A DNA stretch of 64,000 nt from the NCBI GenBank assembly GCA_951406725.2, contig OX597826.1, forward strand, positions 17,422,001 through 17,486,000, written 5' to 3'. The DNA comes from Octopus vulgaris. Taxonomy: Eukaryota. The notes below the pieces were generated by a model. It had not been told where the DNA came from and did not search any database. It worked only from the letters and a program-made list of their open reading frames with translations. Position numbers and translations under genes: made by a program. Position 1 is the first letter of the stretch. Each line of letters begins with the position of its first letter. Positions 12,044 through 25,088 of the stretch are shown piece after piece.

Positions 12044-13886
12044 ATTATTTCAAAAATTTTACCATAAAGGCATGATACAGAGTAGCTTACGGGCTGAACT
12101 AAGACATTGATGAGGTGAATGATGATAAGGATCATATTAATGGGAGCAGACATAAAACGCCCGCCGATTTTCTGCTTCTCTAAAACATTATTCATTTCTT
12201 TTTTTCCACAGAAAAAGACAAAATGAGGTAATGAACCTCTTTTGGGACTAATAGCGTAATTAAGAATTGGGGAGTTAAGCCTATTAAACACAATAAACAT
12301 TAAACATTGTAACACTGAGGCTTGTTAACCTCTTGTCATTATTCCTCCCCGTCATCGCTTGTGCCTGTATACTCCACCATCCCCCACGCCTCATTCATGA
12401 CCAAGGCGGGATCCGAGCCGGCGTCGCCTGGCCACAAGCGATATTCCTCGTTGAGTTCCTGCAGCCTAAATCCAACAGACACCATTATGACCTCCACAGC
12501 TATCTTCGGAGGCCATTCGGGATCCTGTGTGAAGGTTAAAGGTACTCCCTTATGGTGCTTTTCCACCACCTTTTCTACCTCTCCGCCCCTGTAGAAGAAT
12601 ACCAATAGTTCCTCTTCCTCCGGGTTCGAAGTAGTTAATTTTACCGTTGGCGGCACAGTTCCTCCAACGGTGTCTCTTCCCTGACGGTGGCACAACTCCT
12701 ACCGGCAAGGTTCCGGGACATTCCGGTGCTATGTCACCGACTGCCGGCAATGTCCTGTTTCTCATCCTTTTCCTCTTTTTTTCATCTCAGCTGAAAGAGG
12801 GTGCGTCTCCTCCGTGACCGGGAGATTCACCTCCTCTCCCTCATCCCCAATATCCTTCGGCGAGCACCCGGGTGGCAAACTACAGACCCAGGCCCTCGTA
12901 AATTTTTTCCCACAATAAGTGGCAAGAAACAAAATTTCTTTACCCTCAACAAGCTGACTCGCAAAACTGCGAGTCTCCTCTGGGATGTCAAACAGCAACC
13001 ACACCTTTGCATGTTTGACTCCCCTAGAAATATACTTAATGGTTGCCAACTCCTGCTCAGTCATCTGCTTGGAGAAGACGGCAATGGTGTCGAGAACCTT
13101 CGAATACGTTCTCAACACCACCGTCCTCTCCTCTTGCTGTCTGAGCCACTCCTTAGGTAGGACAATCTCTCCCTCTACAATCTTATCCGTATTTTTTGTC
13201 ATGATTTAAATTAAAAATAATAAAAAAAGTCCAAAACAATACTTCACAAAAAAGGAAAGAGAGAATTCAAAAGAAAACAAAAGGGAAGAACAAAAAAAAC
13301 AAACACTTCAATAAAAAGTCACAATAGAAGAAGACAATAGTTAAAAAAAACAGCAAAAAACTCTTCTTGGCATTCAGGTACTCCAACCCCTTATGGTACT
13401 CCACTTAGAACCTGGACTGCTCCACTTGAATACAGCTTTCCAACGTAGTTCTAAAATACACACTATTTACAAGCAGCGAACGACTTTTGATGGCAGTAAA
13501 CGTCACCAAACTATATTTCTCACAATGGGAAAATTTTTTCATTTCATATGAACACTTGAAATACAGTTTTCCCGTAATAGTAAATGCTATTGTTGTAAAA
13601 ACATACACTGTTAAAAAGTGAACAATTTTTGGTTAAAGGATACGCCCACCAGACTGTACTTCTCACAATGAGAAAAAAATTTGCTGAACAGCAAGTAGAC
13701 CAACATCCTGAATCCAGTGAGGATTCCCTGTTTGTAAAACATATAGGCACAGACAACGACCCTCACTGGGTCCAAGAGAAAAGTCTTACCTTGCAGCAGC
13801 TTCTTTTTGGCAGGATAAACACTGCCGGCTATCTTCTTCAATGCACAACACAATGACGCATGCGTACACTGACAACAAAGACTCAT
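12044..13886 (-). mobile_element. ORF1-only (HAL1-like) non-autonomous Tx1-related element
   Basis: ORFs 12762-13202 and 12339-12695 share ERTVVL / YISRG / TYxG(K/R)(K/R) / (L/V)PP and LVxF..HH motifs with Tx1 ORF1 at 60603-62030; no ORF2 before the 3' end; 16-bp target duplication 12028-12043 / 13905-13920. Confidence 0.65.
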
Positions 13887-13920
13887 GGGAAGTATGCAGG
13901 CTACTTGGTAAGTAAGCTAC

Positions 13921-16900
13921 TTTATTGGGCGTTACATAGAGGGGACATACAAGGACAGACAAACATATAGGGTGAAGTAGCTTAAAAATATTTTTAAAAT
14001 TTACAATATAATGGGTAAAAATTTCAATGAAAGTTAACAAATTTAATGTTACATAGTAGGGCAAGGAAACCCGCCATCTGGATAGAACCTTTACTTCTTG
14101 ATCCGGCCATACTTACCTGGTGCCAAACATACCCAGCTTGCAAGTCATTGGCTTCCATCTTTTCACAAACATATCTCGTGACAGACACCTCTTCTCCAGC
14201 CTGATCTTACTACCGAGGTGGTAACTAAAAAAGTTAACCAACCCCTGACCGGAGACAAAGGTACCTGTCACTATACCTTTCGTATGCGTCTTCCATACTG
14301 TTTCTTTCAGTATGGCTACTTCACAGGAAAAACAAGCCTTTCTTTCCCTGCTGAGGAAAGGAGGCGGCACAATCTCGATGATAGACTCAGCTGATAGTTG
14401 TATTCTTCCATTCACTGACAACAGTTGTTCGGCAAAAGCAATCAGTCCCGATAACTCCGGGCACTCTACGAATGCGTGCAAGACGGTTTCCCTATCCCGC
14501 TCACATTGCGGGCATGTCGGCGAGACGGCACTTCCGTGCCTTGATAAGCTTGTCGCGAACAGGTAACGCCGCACGGAAACACTGCCAGGCCAGGGATTTC
14601 TGGTAATTATCCAGATACCTCGGCCCGAACGTTCTCCGGAACAGGCTGACCAACTAATTTTCATCGTAGCCCAGGGTCTCACCCAAGACGTATTCTGACA
14701 TAAATTCTACTAACCCGCTATAGAAATCCGCGGTGGAACTCCTGTTGCCGGTGTTGCCAACCCGAGAGAGAATAGCTGGAGCGCCTGACGGCACTCCAAA
14801 TACCAGTCCCCCAGTTTAGGTCTCCGCTTGATCCATGCACCGATGTCCGTTAAGGACGTTAACTGGGGAAGATAGAACCGAACGTGCGGTGACCACACCT
14901 GCTCTCCATCCAGGTAAAGCCAGAGGTGCCTCAACTTTAACGCGAGTTTTCGCATCTTAAGACAAGGCATCCCTAGCGGTTTCTGGCAACCGACAGATCG
15001 CTTTAAATGTTGCTTTCCTCCTTTCCACAAAAAGCGGAAAAGGATTCTCTCCAACTTTTTCATCCACAAATTGGGGCAAGGCACCACGATCAGACGGTAG
15101 GCGATTACTGATGCTATAAACATCTGCACCACCTCCGCCCTCCCTAGCAGGGATAGCGCCCGTCCAGACCAGGTCTGGGTGAGAGCGGTCACCCTGCTGG
15201 CCACCTCACTCCAATTTTTCTCTATCTGGAGGTCTGGACCAATCCAGACTCCGAGCAGCTTAACAGGACCTTCCGTCCAACGCCCCACGACGTATTTGGA
15301 CGACATCGGCTTGCCCCTCCAGGTGCCGAGTTGCAAACCGACCGACTTGTCCTTGTTAAATTTGCTCCTGCCACCGCCTCGTAGCCTTTAATGGCCTCTT
15401 CCACCACTGGGAGCTGGCCTTCATCCGCCACGATGATGGAGATGTCATCCGCGTACGCCGTAGCTCCTCTTCCACACCATAGATCATGAGGTGCGCCCCC
15501 TGGTGCCTCCAACTTCTGCATCAAAGGCTCAAGAGCTAACACACAGAAGCGGGACAGGGGACATCCCTGACGAACTGAACGCTCGATCCAGAACGGCTTC
15601 GAAAAGAAACCGTTCACCTTGACGACAGCCTTGATGTCGCTATACAAAGCAGCGATCCAACCTCGAAAGGTCGGGTCCAGGCCAGCCTCCCCGAGGACCG
15701 CTGGTCGACCCTATCAAATGTACCGACTGGTCTAAATGCACCAGTGCTCCCCCTGCAAATGCTTTAGACTCTCTAAAGTGTAACGTATAAGGTGGAGATT
15801 GTCGTGGATTGACCTGCCCGGGACAGCACGAGTTTGCGCCTCCCCGACAAGTTTGTCCACGACCCGCGCCAACCTTTTTGCCAACACCTTTGGCCAAAAT
15901 CTTTAACTCTGTGTTTAACAGAGTTATGGGCCTAAAGTTACCTATCTCGTCCCCCTTGCTCGGGTCCCTTGCTTTCTGATAAGCGCCACCACCACCCTCT
16001 CACAGACTTGGGAATTCTCCCATTCTGCTGCCAGTTGGCGTAGACGCTAGCTAACAGGTGCCCGAACAAGTCTGGCATACTTTTATAAAACTCATAGGGC
16101 AGACCATCGAGACCCGGCGATTGGCCCGTCACAGAACTCAGCCACTCGTGTCGAGAGACGCAGGCCACCAGACAGGAAGTCCCTAAGAGCCTCCCCATGG
16201 TCCAGCGTCCCGCACCTCCCGAACAACTCGGCGAAGTCCCTGTAAAGCGCCTCACACATTTCGTTCCTCTCCTTGACCGTGCATCCGTATTTGTCAACAA
16301 GAGACCTAATTGTGGCATCGTTTCCACGCTGGGTTTCCATCATACGGGCCCATCCGGTAACATTCATTCCCTCACGACCCAATGCTCGCACTTTAGCCCT
16401 AACTCTACACCCCTCATGTTTGGCTTTGAGGTGACAGTCTAATGACTTTCTCACCGCCAAAATGTGAGATGCAGAGTCCAACCTCAACGCCTCCACTAAG
16501 TTCTTAACTAGTTGTCCTTCTATTCTAGCCCTGTCTAGTCTTAGTTGTTTACTAAACCTAATGGACTCGAATTGAATGGCTCTTCTGAGAGTGAACCACC
16601 ACCGGTCATTAACCACGGCTCCGGTTAACGCCCTCTGCACTAACTCCTTAATCCCGCTACGGTATGCCTTACAAATCAAAATAGACTTGTTCAGCTTCCA
16701 GTAGCCGGGTCCTATCTAAAGTGTGCTACCTATGTCCAGTCTACACTTGACCATTCTATTGTCAGTGTAGGACACCTGGACAAGCTGTGAACAACTAAAA
16801 CTAGACTTATCTCTACTTCTTATCACTATCCTATCTAGATAAGATTTGAACCTTCCGTCGCCACTCATCCAGGTCCGCTCTGGGACGTTCGGATGGTCAA

Positions 16901-16930
16901 GTCTGTAACGATCTGCCAGCTGAAAACGCT
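13921..16930 (-). mobile_element. Tx1-clade LINE ORF2 (APE C-terminus, RT, C-terminal CCHC), frameshifted, 5' part lost
   Basis: SYLDRI..TDNRMV, SPGLDGLPYEFY, VRQGCPLS, AYADD, CPQC..ETVLHAFVEC; 3' UTR ends in AATAAA at 13921. Confidence 0.92.
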
Positions 16931-17285
16931 TGTATAACATATTATGCTTTACATATATAAAAATACCAGTAATTATTAAAATATATAACGTAGAACATAG
17001 AAAGTAGAATAGTTTCTTAGAGATAAATAATAACTTAGTGCAATAACTTGTACGGTCACTTTTGGTCTTTTGTCCCTTATTTGAATTTGGTCCGAATAAC
17101 TTCCAACGTACAATTTTAACCCTATATTACACATATGGTTTAGTAAATATACAAATGATTCTCCTAATTAGACAGATACATGTAATATTATATACTGTCT
17201 TTTTAATAAACTTGTAATAACTTATCTTTCATATGCAGTCTATTAAAACAATATCCCCTTAGTAATATTACTTTAACCTAAAATA

Positions 17286-17367
<82 letters not shown>

Positions 17368-17463
17368 ATCCAAACGAGAAAGCACAAAAAGAACACAACA
17401 ACGCGAGGACGCGGAACAAATATAGTATTATTGGACGCTCAGGAAAGAAGGAAAGAAGGAGGG

Positions 17464-17497
17464 GTTAACGTTTCGAGCGGAGCTCTTCGTCGGAAAC
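17464..17497 (-). ncRNA. Minimal hammerhead-like motif (CCGACGA variant) in a Penelope-type end fragment (17363-17580)
   Basis: GTTT-CCGACGA-A-GAGC TCC GCTC-GAAACGTTA-AC; palindromic AACGTT stem III; fragment bounded by (TA)n on both sides. Confidence 0.55.
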
Positions 17498-18082
17498 ATA
17501 GGAGAAGGAAAGATCCAGAGAAGGGAAGACAGAGGGGAAAAAATCGCCAACGGTACACACAAGGTCACATTTTGAAAAGCATATATATATATATATATAT
17601 AAATTCATAAATTCATTCACATTTTCTTATAGATTGCATAATTTAACATAACTTAACTTAGTTTAATGTTTAATATAATATAAAAGAGTCAAGTCCCTAT
17701 AGTAATTTCTTTATTGACTTTTACTATCCTAGCTACTAATAGTTAACCTTGGATTATTTGTTTTTTATTTGTATACATTTATATATTTTTGCCTACTTTG
17801 TTGTTTTTTGTTCTTAGTTATCCATTAACCAACCATAGCAAAATTATGTCCTTTCGAAACAATAGATGACCAATTAGATTACGGGACTGACCATAACCCC
17901 CTCCCCACTTCCCGCAGGATTTCAGCAACTCGATAAACAAAAGGTAACGGAAAATAAAGTATCTTGATTAATACCCGGAAATTTATTACTTTTAGTACCG
18001 ACTAATATCACAGGTATTAACATAAACTCTAACCCACTTATTGTGGACCTTTATCTCAAGCCCTCAATAGAAAACATATCGC

Positions 18083-18120
<38 letters not shown>

Positions 18121-18497
18121 TTGTGTATAATTATTATAATTATATAAATATTAAAATAATACTAAGTCTCTCTAAAGGAGATTACGGTAGCGTTACTGGG
18201 TATTAATAGTTATCGCCATACTAATATGGCAGTCTATAAATAAGACTAAAGCTGTCGCTGATTAGCTCCAATGGACGCAGGTTCGTGTGTCAAATAGCTA
18301 GCTAGAGGCGATGGCCTCTTTTGGAACTGCTAATCAGCGACAGCTTTAGTCTTATTTATAGACCGTCATATTAGTATGGCGATAACTATTAATATTATAT
18401 ATTATATATATATAAAAATACGAACTACTACAAGAATCCTCCAAGGCATTCTCAGCACATGAAATATGTATGTACCTATGGGTATGTTTGTACGTAA

Positions 18498-18544
<47 letters not shown>

Positions 18545-18647
18545 TGTGCTCCTCATTTATATACCTTTTCATTCCATTATTATTTCTTTCGATAATTTTC
18601 TCTTTCTTCTGTTTATACTTTATCTAATAAGAATAATACAATACACC

Positions 18648-18735
<88 letters not shown>
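18648..18735. repeat. (TAA)n microsatellite
   Basis: Direct reading. Confidence 0.97.
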
Positions 18736-18887
18736 TAATTCCTTTGTATACATATACATATATATACATATATAAATGTATAGATATGTTTTTATGTATA
18801 TTTATGCATATGTATGTGTATGTAAAAGTGTGTATATATAAAAGTGTGTATTTATATTTATAACTTAACATTATGAACTTTCTAAGC

Positions 18888-19009
18888 TCTCTGACGAACT
18901 CCAGAGGCACACCCAAGTACCTTGATCTTATCTACCAAATACTTCAGTTCACTGAAGGTACGGAAGTAAAGTGGGGCACTATAACCTCTTGGCTGAAACA
19001 GCTGTAAGA
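18888..19009 (+). ncRNA. Type I hammerhead motif with ~95-nt stem II region
   Basis: TCT-CTGACGA-..AGAGG...CCTCT..-GAAA-CAGCTG-TA-AGA; palindromic ACAGCTGT stem III. Confidence 0.6.
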
Positions 19010-21429
19010 AACTATTCTACTTTCTATGTTCTATATATTTTAATAATTACTGGTATTTTTATATATGTAAGGCATAATATGTTATACATGTATGTATAAT
19101 GTTATAATTGTTTTTTTAATAAATAAATATACATAATATCAAGTCTAAAAGTTGATGTATACCACCTCTTGTTCCCCTCCATTTTCTTATTGCCGTATAT
19201 ATATATATATATATATATCCTGAGTACGACTTTAAACTGTATCCGCTAATGGATCCTTTGTTCAGGAATGTCTGTTTATAGAGGAGTGTGGGACCAGCTC
19301 TTAGCCACTGTTGTTCCACGTCTACTCTGAACCAAAGCAGTAACACCTGTCAGGTTTCCAGGTATGAATTAACTAGCACATGTCCAATGTGGTCTCAATA
19401 AATTTTACTGTGAAACTGAAATACTCTAGCTGTTATATGAACTGCACGGGAATGCAGACATACACATGGTTGGTTTCAAGGCGTCCAGTAAAACCACAGG
19501 GAGTGAGCGGCCCCAAACTGTTGTATCAAGATCCTTCTAAGAAGGATGTAAAACATGCAGTTTCACAGGATTATTGGCCATCTCACCTCCACCTGTCCCC
19601 AGGTACTAATCACGAAGACTCAGAGAATGGTACTCGTGTTCTACAAGCATTTATCACTATAATCCAGTGACCTACAAATGTCTTTTTATCTTATTCGTCA
19701 TTCCATCAGCTGAAATTTCTATGGCAACGGAGCGCTTAGTAAGTTACAACTTTTGTCTGTCACCTATGCGTCAAACCTTGTAAATCTGCAACGCAACTGA
19801 TTAGTCACTTGAAAGGTCATGGGTGGAAGGTAGAAATATTATCGACAGCGAAGAAGTGCAACGAGACGGCAATCATCGGTGAAAGTGGAACATTCACCAT
19901 GTATTTATGTATATATGTATGTGTGTGCATGAATGTATGTATGTACGTACACACACATATAAAACATGTGTGTGTGTGTGTGTGTGAATGTATGTATATA
20001 CGTACATACACACACATATATATAACGTGTGTGTGTGCGTGCGTTTGTGTGTATCAAATGAAATTTCTGCAACCAAGATTCCAAAGACGATCACGAACTT
20101 AGTTGACAGGGAGTTCACCTTCATAATACGCCACATAATACATCACTCCACAAACATAAATAGAATATTGTGGATTAGATAAATACTTGTTTCGTTTTTG
20201 AGTGGTTTTTTACTATGAAAACAAGTACGTGAACTTCAGAAATAAAGTTATAGAACTTTATCATATTTTCGAATATGAAACTCAAACCTTAGGTAAACAA
20301 TAATAAGTGAGGACATTTAAGTTGCATTTTGAAAGTGTTTTGTCCTTTGAGACTAAGAATATGTCTCATAACTTTATAGCAGCTAATGTTATATGTCAGA
20401 TGATTAAATATATAAAAAGAGATTAATAATTGTTTGAAACACGACCGCCTGTTATACTTTGTTTAAAGACCTTTCACATCATAGATTATTCAAACGTATC
20501 AAAGCATTTTCCCTCGTGATGTTAGGCTCCACACAGTGCTTGCGCCTGTGGTCTCCAGAGAAATACCACAATGTCCTGTGGCAGCATGTAGTTGTTTAAC
20601 TTGAATCTGTATATCGCTGTTTAAAGTTTTGTTTAAGTATTCAATGACATACAATATTTCCCATTAGCGAACCGAAACACTAATTAATTAATTAATAAAA
20701 TGTAGTCATAACTGAATTAATATTGCTTTTACAGATAGCATTTCCTTATTTGTAACAGTATCATGACAAATTATAAGGTTAGTTTCATTTCCTTGTGGTT
20801 AGTCACCGAGAACAAAATGGTTGCTATGGTAAATATATTGATTTCCTTCACTAGGAGCAAGATACGATTTTTACAGAACATCGGACATTCAATAGATTTT
20901 TAGATTTATTTTATCAAAATAAAAATGATCAGAGATAAAACTGACGCTTCAGAATTTGGCTTCAAACAGGGCGTATGTGAAATAGATACATTAAAGCGAC
21001 CTCAGTTAGAAAAGTAACTTTTTTTGTCGCAATGGCTAAGTATTGTAGTCAAGAAAACTCAGCTGATAAGAAATTCAACCAGACGCAAATACCCACAGCC
21101 CAACCCAGTATTCTTGTACCTGTCCCATCCTCCAATTTATGATAGGGCTACGCATATAATCGAGTCATATTATTTAAAAGATGAATTTTAATAAATCTCT
21201 CAATCCTTAAACGGAAGCTCTGTTTAAAAGTTTCTATTTTACTGTATTTATTATTTTTTTTAATATTCAAAAACAGTGGATTAATCAATAACTGGCTAAA
21301 ATCTCCCATTGCATTTCAAGGTTGGAAAGAAACAAATGCTTCTTTGGTTTAATTGATTTATATATATTATATTTAATCGAGATATTTCCATTCATTATTG
21401 ATAATACACAACCAGCATAAATATGAACG

Positions 21430-21607
21430 AAAATAGCGGCATTTCGTCCCTCTTAGTTCTGAGTTCAAATGCGACCAAGGTTGACTTTACCTTTCATCCT
21501 TTTGGTGTCGATGAATTATGCACCGATTGGGCCCCGGGGTTAATGTAATCGACTAGCCCCGCTCATCCAAAATTTCAGGCCTTGTGCCTATAGTATAAAG
21601 GATTATT
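21430..21607 (+). mobile_element. SINE-B fragment (tail variant 1)
   Basis: GAGTTCAAAT B-box, central CCTTTCATCCTTT..GTCGAT domain, tail CAGGCCTTGTGCCTATAGTA. Confidence 0.8.
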
Positions 21608-21719
21608 GATTACATAATCCCATCTATTTGGCAAATAGGGCGTAAAATTCTTCAGGTTTCGAAACAAGAATATCATTTTTAACCTCTTCACAATTGATAA
21701 ATTGTTTTCCCTCTAAATA

Positions 21720-22038
21720 ATTCTTTCTGTTGTAAGCACAAGGCCTGGGAGAGGAGACCAGTCGATTACATCGAAACCAGTGATCCACTGATTATCGATC
21801 CCGAAAGGATGAAAGACAAAGTCGACCTCGGTGGAATTTGAACTCATCTTTATGCTGGTTGTGTATTATCAATAATGAATGGAAATATCTCGATTAAATA
21901 TTATATATAAATCAATTAAACCAAAGAAGCATTTGTTTCTTTCCGACCTTGAAATGCAATGGAAGATTTTAGCCTGTTATTGATTAATCCACTGTATTTC
22001 GTCCGGCGTACTAACGATTCTGCCAGCTCGCCGCCCCT
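21720..22038 (-). mobile_element. SINE-B copy interrupted by an inverted duplication of flanking DNA
   Basis: SINE-B match at 21720-21846 and 21996-22038; the intervening sequence is the reverse complement of 21273-21421. Confidence 0.8.
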
Positions 22039-22239
22039 TAAATAATGTTGCAATGACCTGAAAACAGGTCAGGAGAGTAAAGAAGATGATGCAAACTTTC
22101 ATATTTAGTACTATAATATTTTCGTGGGTGATTTAGGTAATATACTGTCTTGCGTTTTTGTACACAAGCAACACACCTTTAAGACTGGCCAATGATGAGC
22201 GCTTTTTCAGCAATTGTTTGCTCAATTCTTTTTCGTTTT

Positions 22240-22560
22240 GGTTTAAGACGTCATGATAGACGACAGCCTTCACATCTTTCCAAACACAGGGGATAAATTT
22301 TTCTCGGATGTAGTCCCGGTTTCAAGGTGCATTCTCCTTTTCGGTAACTGCTAACCATTTTCGTTTTTTAGTTGGATTATAAAGAATCCACTTTTCATCA
22401 TCTGTAGTGATTCTACTCAGAAAAGGCCAAAGATGAGCAGTGGGTAACTCTTTAATTAAGCTTCCCAGCTTAATTAAAGATGATGAGGGAACTACCGACT
22501 CAGTTTAGACACTTCTTGTAGTTCATAAAGTTGTTGCATGACTAAAGAGTGACTTGAACT
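22240..22560 (-). mobile_element. Mariner transposase fragment
   Basis: VSKLSR*FPHHL and ITTDDEKWIL motifs on the minus strand. Confidence 0.7.
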
Positions 22561-22580
22561 CTTTTGCTAATTCTCGTACG

Positions 22581-22716
22581 GTAGGCGTGACTGTGTGCTA
22601 AGAAGTTTGCTTCCTAACCACATGGTTTCGGGTTCTGTCCCACTACGTGGCACTTTGAACAATTCTGACCAAAATCTTGCGCGTAGATTTGATGTACAGA
22701 AACTGAAAGAAGACCG

Positions 22717-22797
<81 letters not shown>

Positions 22798-23020
22798 CGT
22801 GTGTGTGTGTGTCTGTATGTCTGTGTCTGTGTGTCTGTGTCTCTGTCTGTCTGTCTGTCTGTGTGCGTGTCTTTGTGACTGCGGTTGTTCCTCACCACCG
22901 CTTGACAACTGGTGCTGGTGTATTTACGACCCGTAACTTAGCAGTTCGGCAAAAGAAACCGATAGAATAAGTACCAGGCCTTGCAAAAAGTAATAAGTAC
23001 TAGGGTTTACTCGCTCGACT
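22581..23020 (+). mobile_element. SINE-A with internal (GT)n
   Basis: Similarity to 220-665. Confidence 0.85.
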
Positions 23021-23240
23021 CGCTCAAATCGAGGGAAATCTACATGAGAAAAATTTCCCGAACGAAACTGGTCTAATTATCATTGGCATGTCCAGATACT
23101 TTAAGCTACTTTTCCACAGAGGGAATGAATATTTCTGGCCGGTTCCATTGCTTGAACCGCCCGTCTTTAAATTCTTACAGTATACGGTGTTTGATATGGA
23201 TCTGATTTAAACAAAGAAACTAAAACGAAATTAGAATGTA

Positions 23241-24106
23241 CGAGATGGTATGAAAATGTTCCCGGACTAGTTTTGTAGCACACCAACAGATGCCAGCACT
23301 CAGCTGCTTGCATGGTGAGGGCTAGCAACGAACTACATGAAGCTATGTCCCAAGTAACATCGCTGGGTTTACTTTGCAAGTTATTTACTTTGCAAGTTGT
23401 TTACTTTGCATCATGTGTCTGTGTAGTCTGTGATTTTTGTTAAGGACAGGACATTGAAACAAAGAGCCAACAGGAAATTTTACGTTAAACTTGGAAAAAG
23501 TGAGCATACTTCGGCAATGCTTCGAGTGGTACAGGCGCTTCAAAAGGCACGACAGAGCCGCAAGCTCAGTTAAGAGCATGCACATCGCTTCTTTTCGACA
23601 TCCACGGTATTGTGCATCGAGATTTCGTCCTTCAAGACCAGACTGTCAATCGAGAATTCTACTGCGACGTTTTGAAGTATTTGAGGGAGGAGATTCGACG
23701 AAAGCAACCGGATCTGTGGAGCAACCGGATCTCACGACGACAATGCACCCTGAAACCGAGCTCTCCTCAGTTGTAAGTTTCTCCCCCAAAACAACATGGT
23801 ATCGCTTCCGCACCCTCTCTATTCAGCAGATTTAGCACCTGCGGACTTCCATCTCTTCCCCAAGAGGAAAATGCAGCTCAAAGGTTACCGTTTTAATACC
23901 GTAGTCGAGATCCAGGACGAATCGCGGAAGGTGATCGAATCGCTTATAGAAAAAAGACTTCCGGTCCGGATTCCAAAAGTGGCAGAAACGCTGGGACCGG
24001 TGTACTGATGCGCAAGGGGAGTATTTCAAAGGAGATGATGTTAAAACTTAGGTAAATATGTAATTTTTTATTAAACATAAATAGTCCGTGAGCCTTTTTA
24101 TACTAC
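23241..24106 (+). mobile_element. Mariner element, internally deleted
   Basis: TIR-like CGAGATGGTATGAAAATGTTCCCGGACTAG after TA; CFEWYRRFK, HDDNAP, PHPLYSADLAPADFHLFP. Confidence 0.88.
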
Positions 24107-24901
24107 TAAAGTCAATGTTTATTTTATCTTAAATAGTGAAAAAGTAACCTCAGAGTGTTCAAGTCAAAAATACGACAGCATTTTCTTTCTAGAGGGTTGC
24201 ATGAATATATTACATAGTTCATATTTATATCATACAAGCCTACTTATAAACATGCCTAGTATAAGGAGTAGTATTTCGATACTTCAGAGTTTGCTCATAC
24301 GCAGCCGTGTCACGTGTCAGACTGAAAAACAAATACCATGTTAAGTTCGCAAATCTGAATAAGTTCGTGTACCATCGAGAGGGATGAGTTTTAAATGTTT
24401 GGTCAAAGACATTCTTCGGAAAAATATGTAATTAAATGTTTTCGGTAGAACCGACAAAGAGAATAAAAGGGTACCATTTCAAATTCTGCCCAGAATGTTA
24501 GAATTACGACTCAGAAGATCAAGTGGCTCCTCGACCTGCTCGCAATAACAACCAAATCGCTCTAAAATCAAACCCCTACTGTATTATATGAAATGGGTAC
24601 TTTAGATAATGTAGTCCTAACAAACGCTTAACAAACGCTAGCATTTGATCATAGCTCTACTTGATCATACTTGACCTGGGACTAAACAACAATGACATTT
24701 GCGAACTTGCATTTTATTGGTTTTTTTGTGTTGTTTGTTTTGTTTTGTTTTTGTTTTCTTTTTTTTTTTGCTGATGTAGATTTCCATTGTTTATTTCGTA
24801 ATCAGGTTTTATAATTTTACTTGGGTGCAATCCATGTGAGAACCAGAAAAGGTTATGTGTAGAAATACATTTCATGACCAAAACAATAAGCAGCTGTACT
24901 A

Positions 24902-25088
24902 TGAAGGAGTGCGAAAAAGTTCCTGGTTTTCATGTTATCGTAAAATGCCTGGCTGGATGCCTGACCTTCCGAACTCTTTTATAAGTGTGTTGAAGCCGAG
25001 AGGGAAATATGTTGAATAGAATTGTAATTACATGATCGTCCAGTATTTTTCTTTTACCCAAAGTCAGGAACTTTTCAGCATCCCCTTG
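24902..25088 (+). mobile_element. Mariner-derived MITE
   Basis: Imperfect TIRs GAAAAAGTTCCTGG / TCAGGAACTTTTC flanked by TA; retains the transposase C-terminus KCVEAE..YVE*. Confidence 0.7.

Noticed and set aside
20780-21145. Unique-looking stretch with short open frames, possible host exon or pseudogene
   Set aside because: In-frame stops, no recognisable domain, no convincing splice pair.
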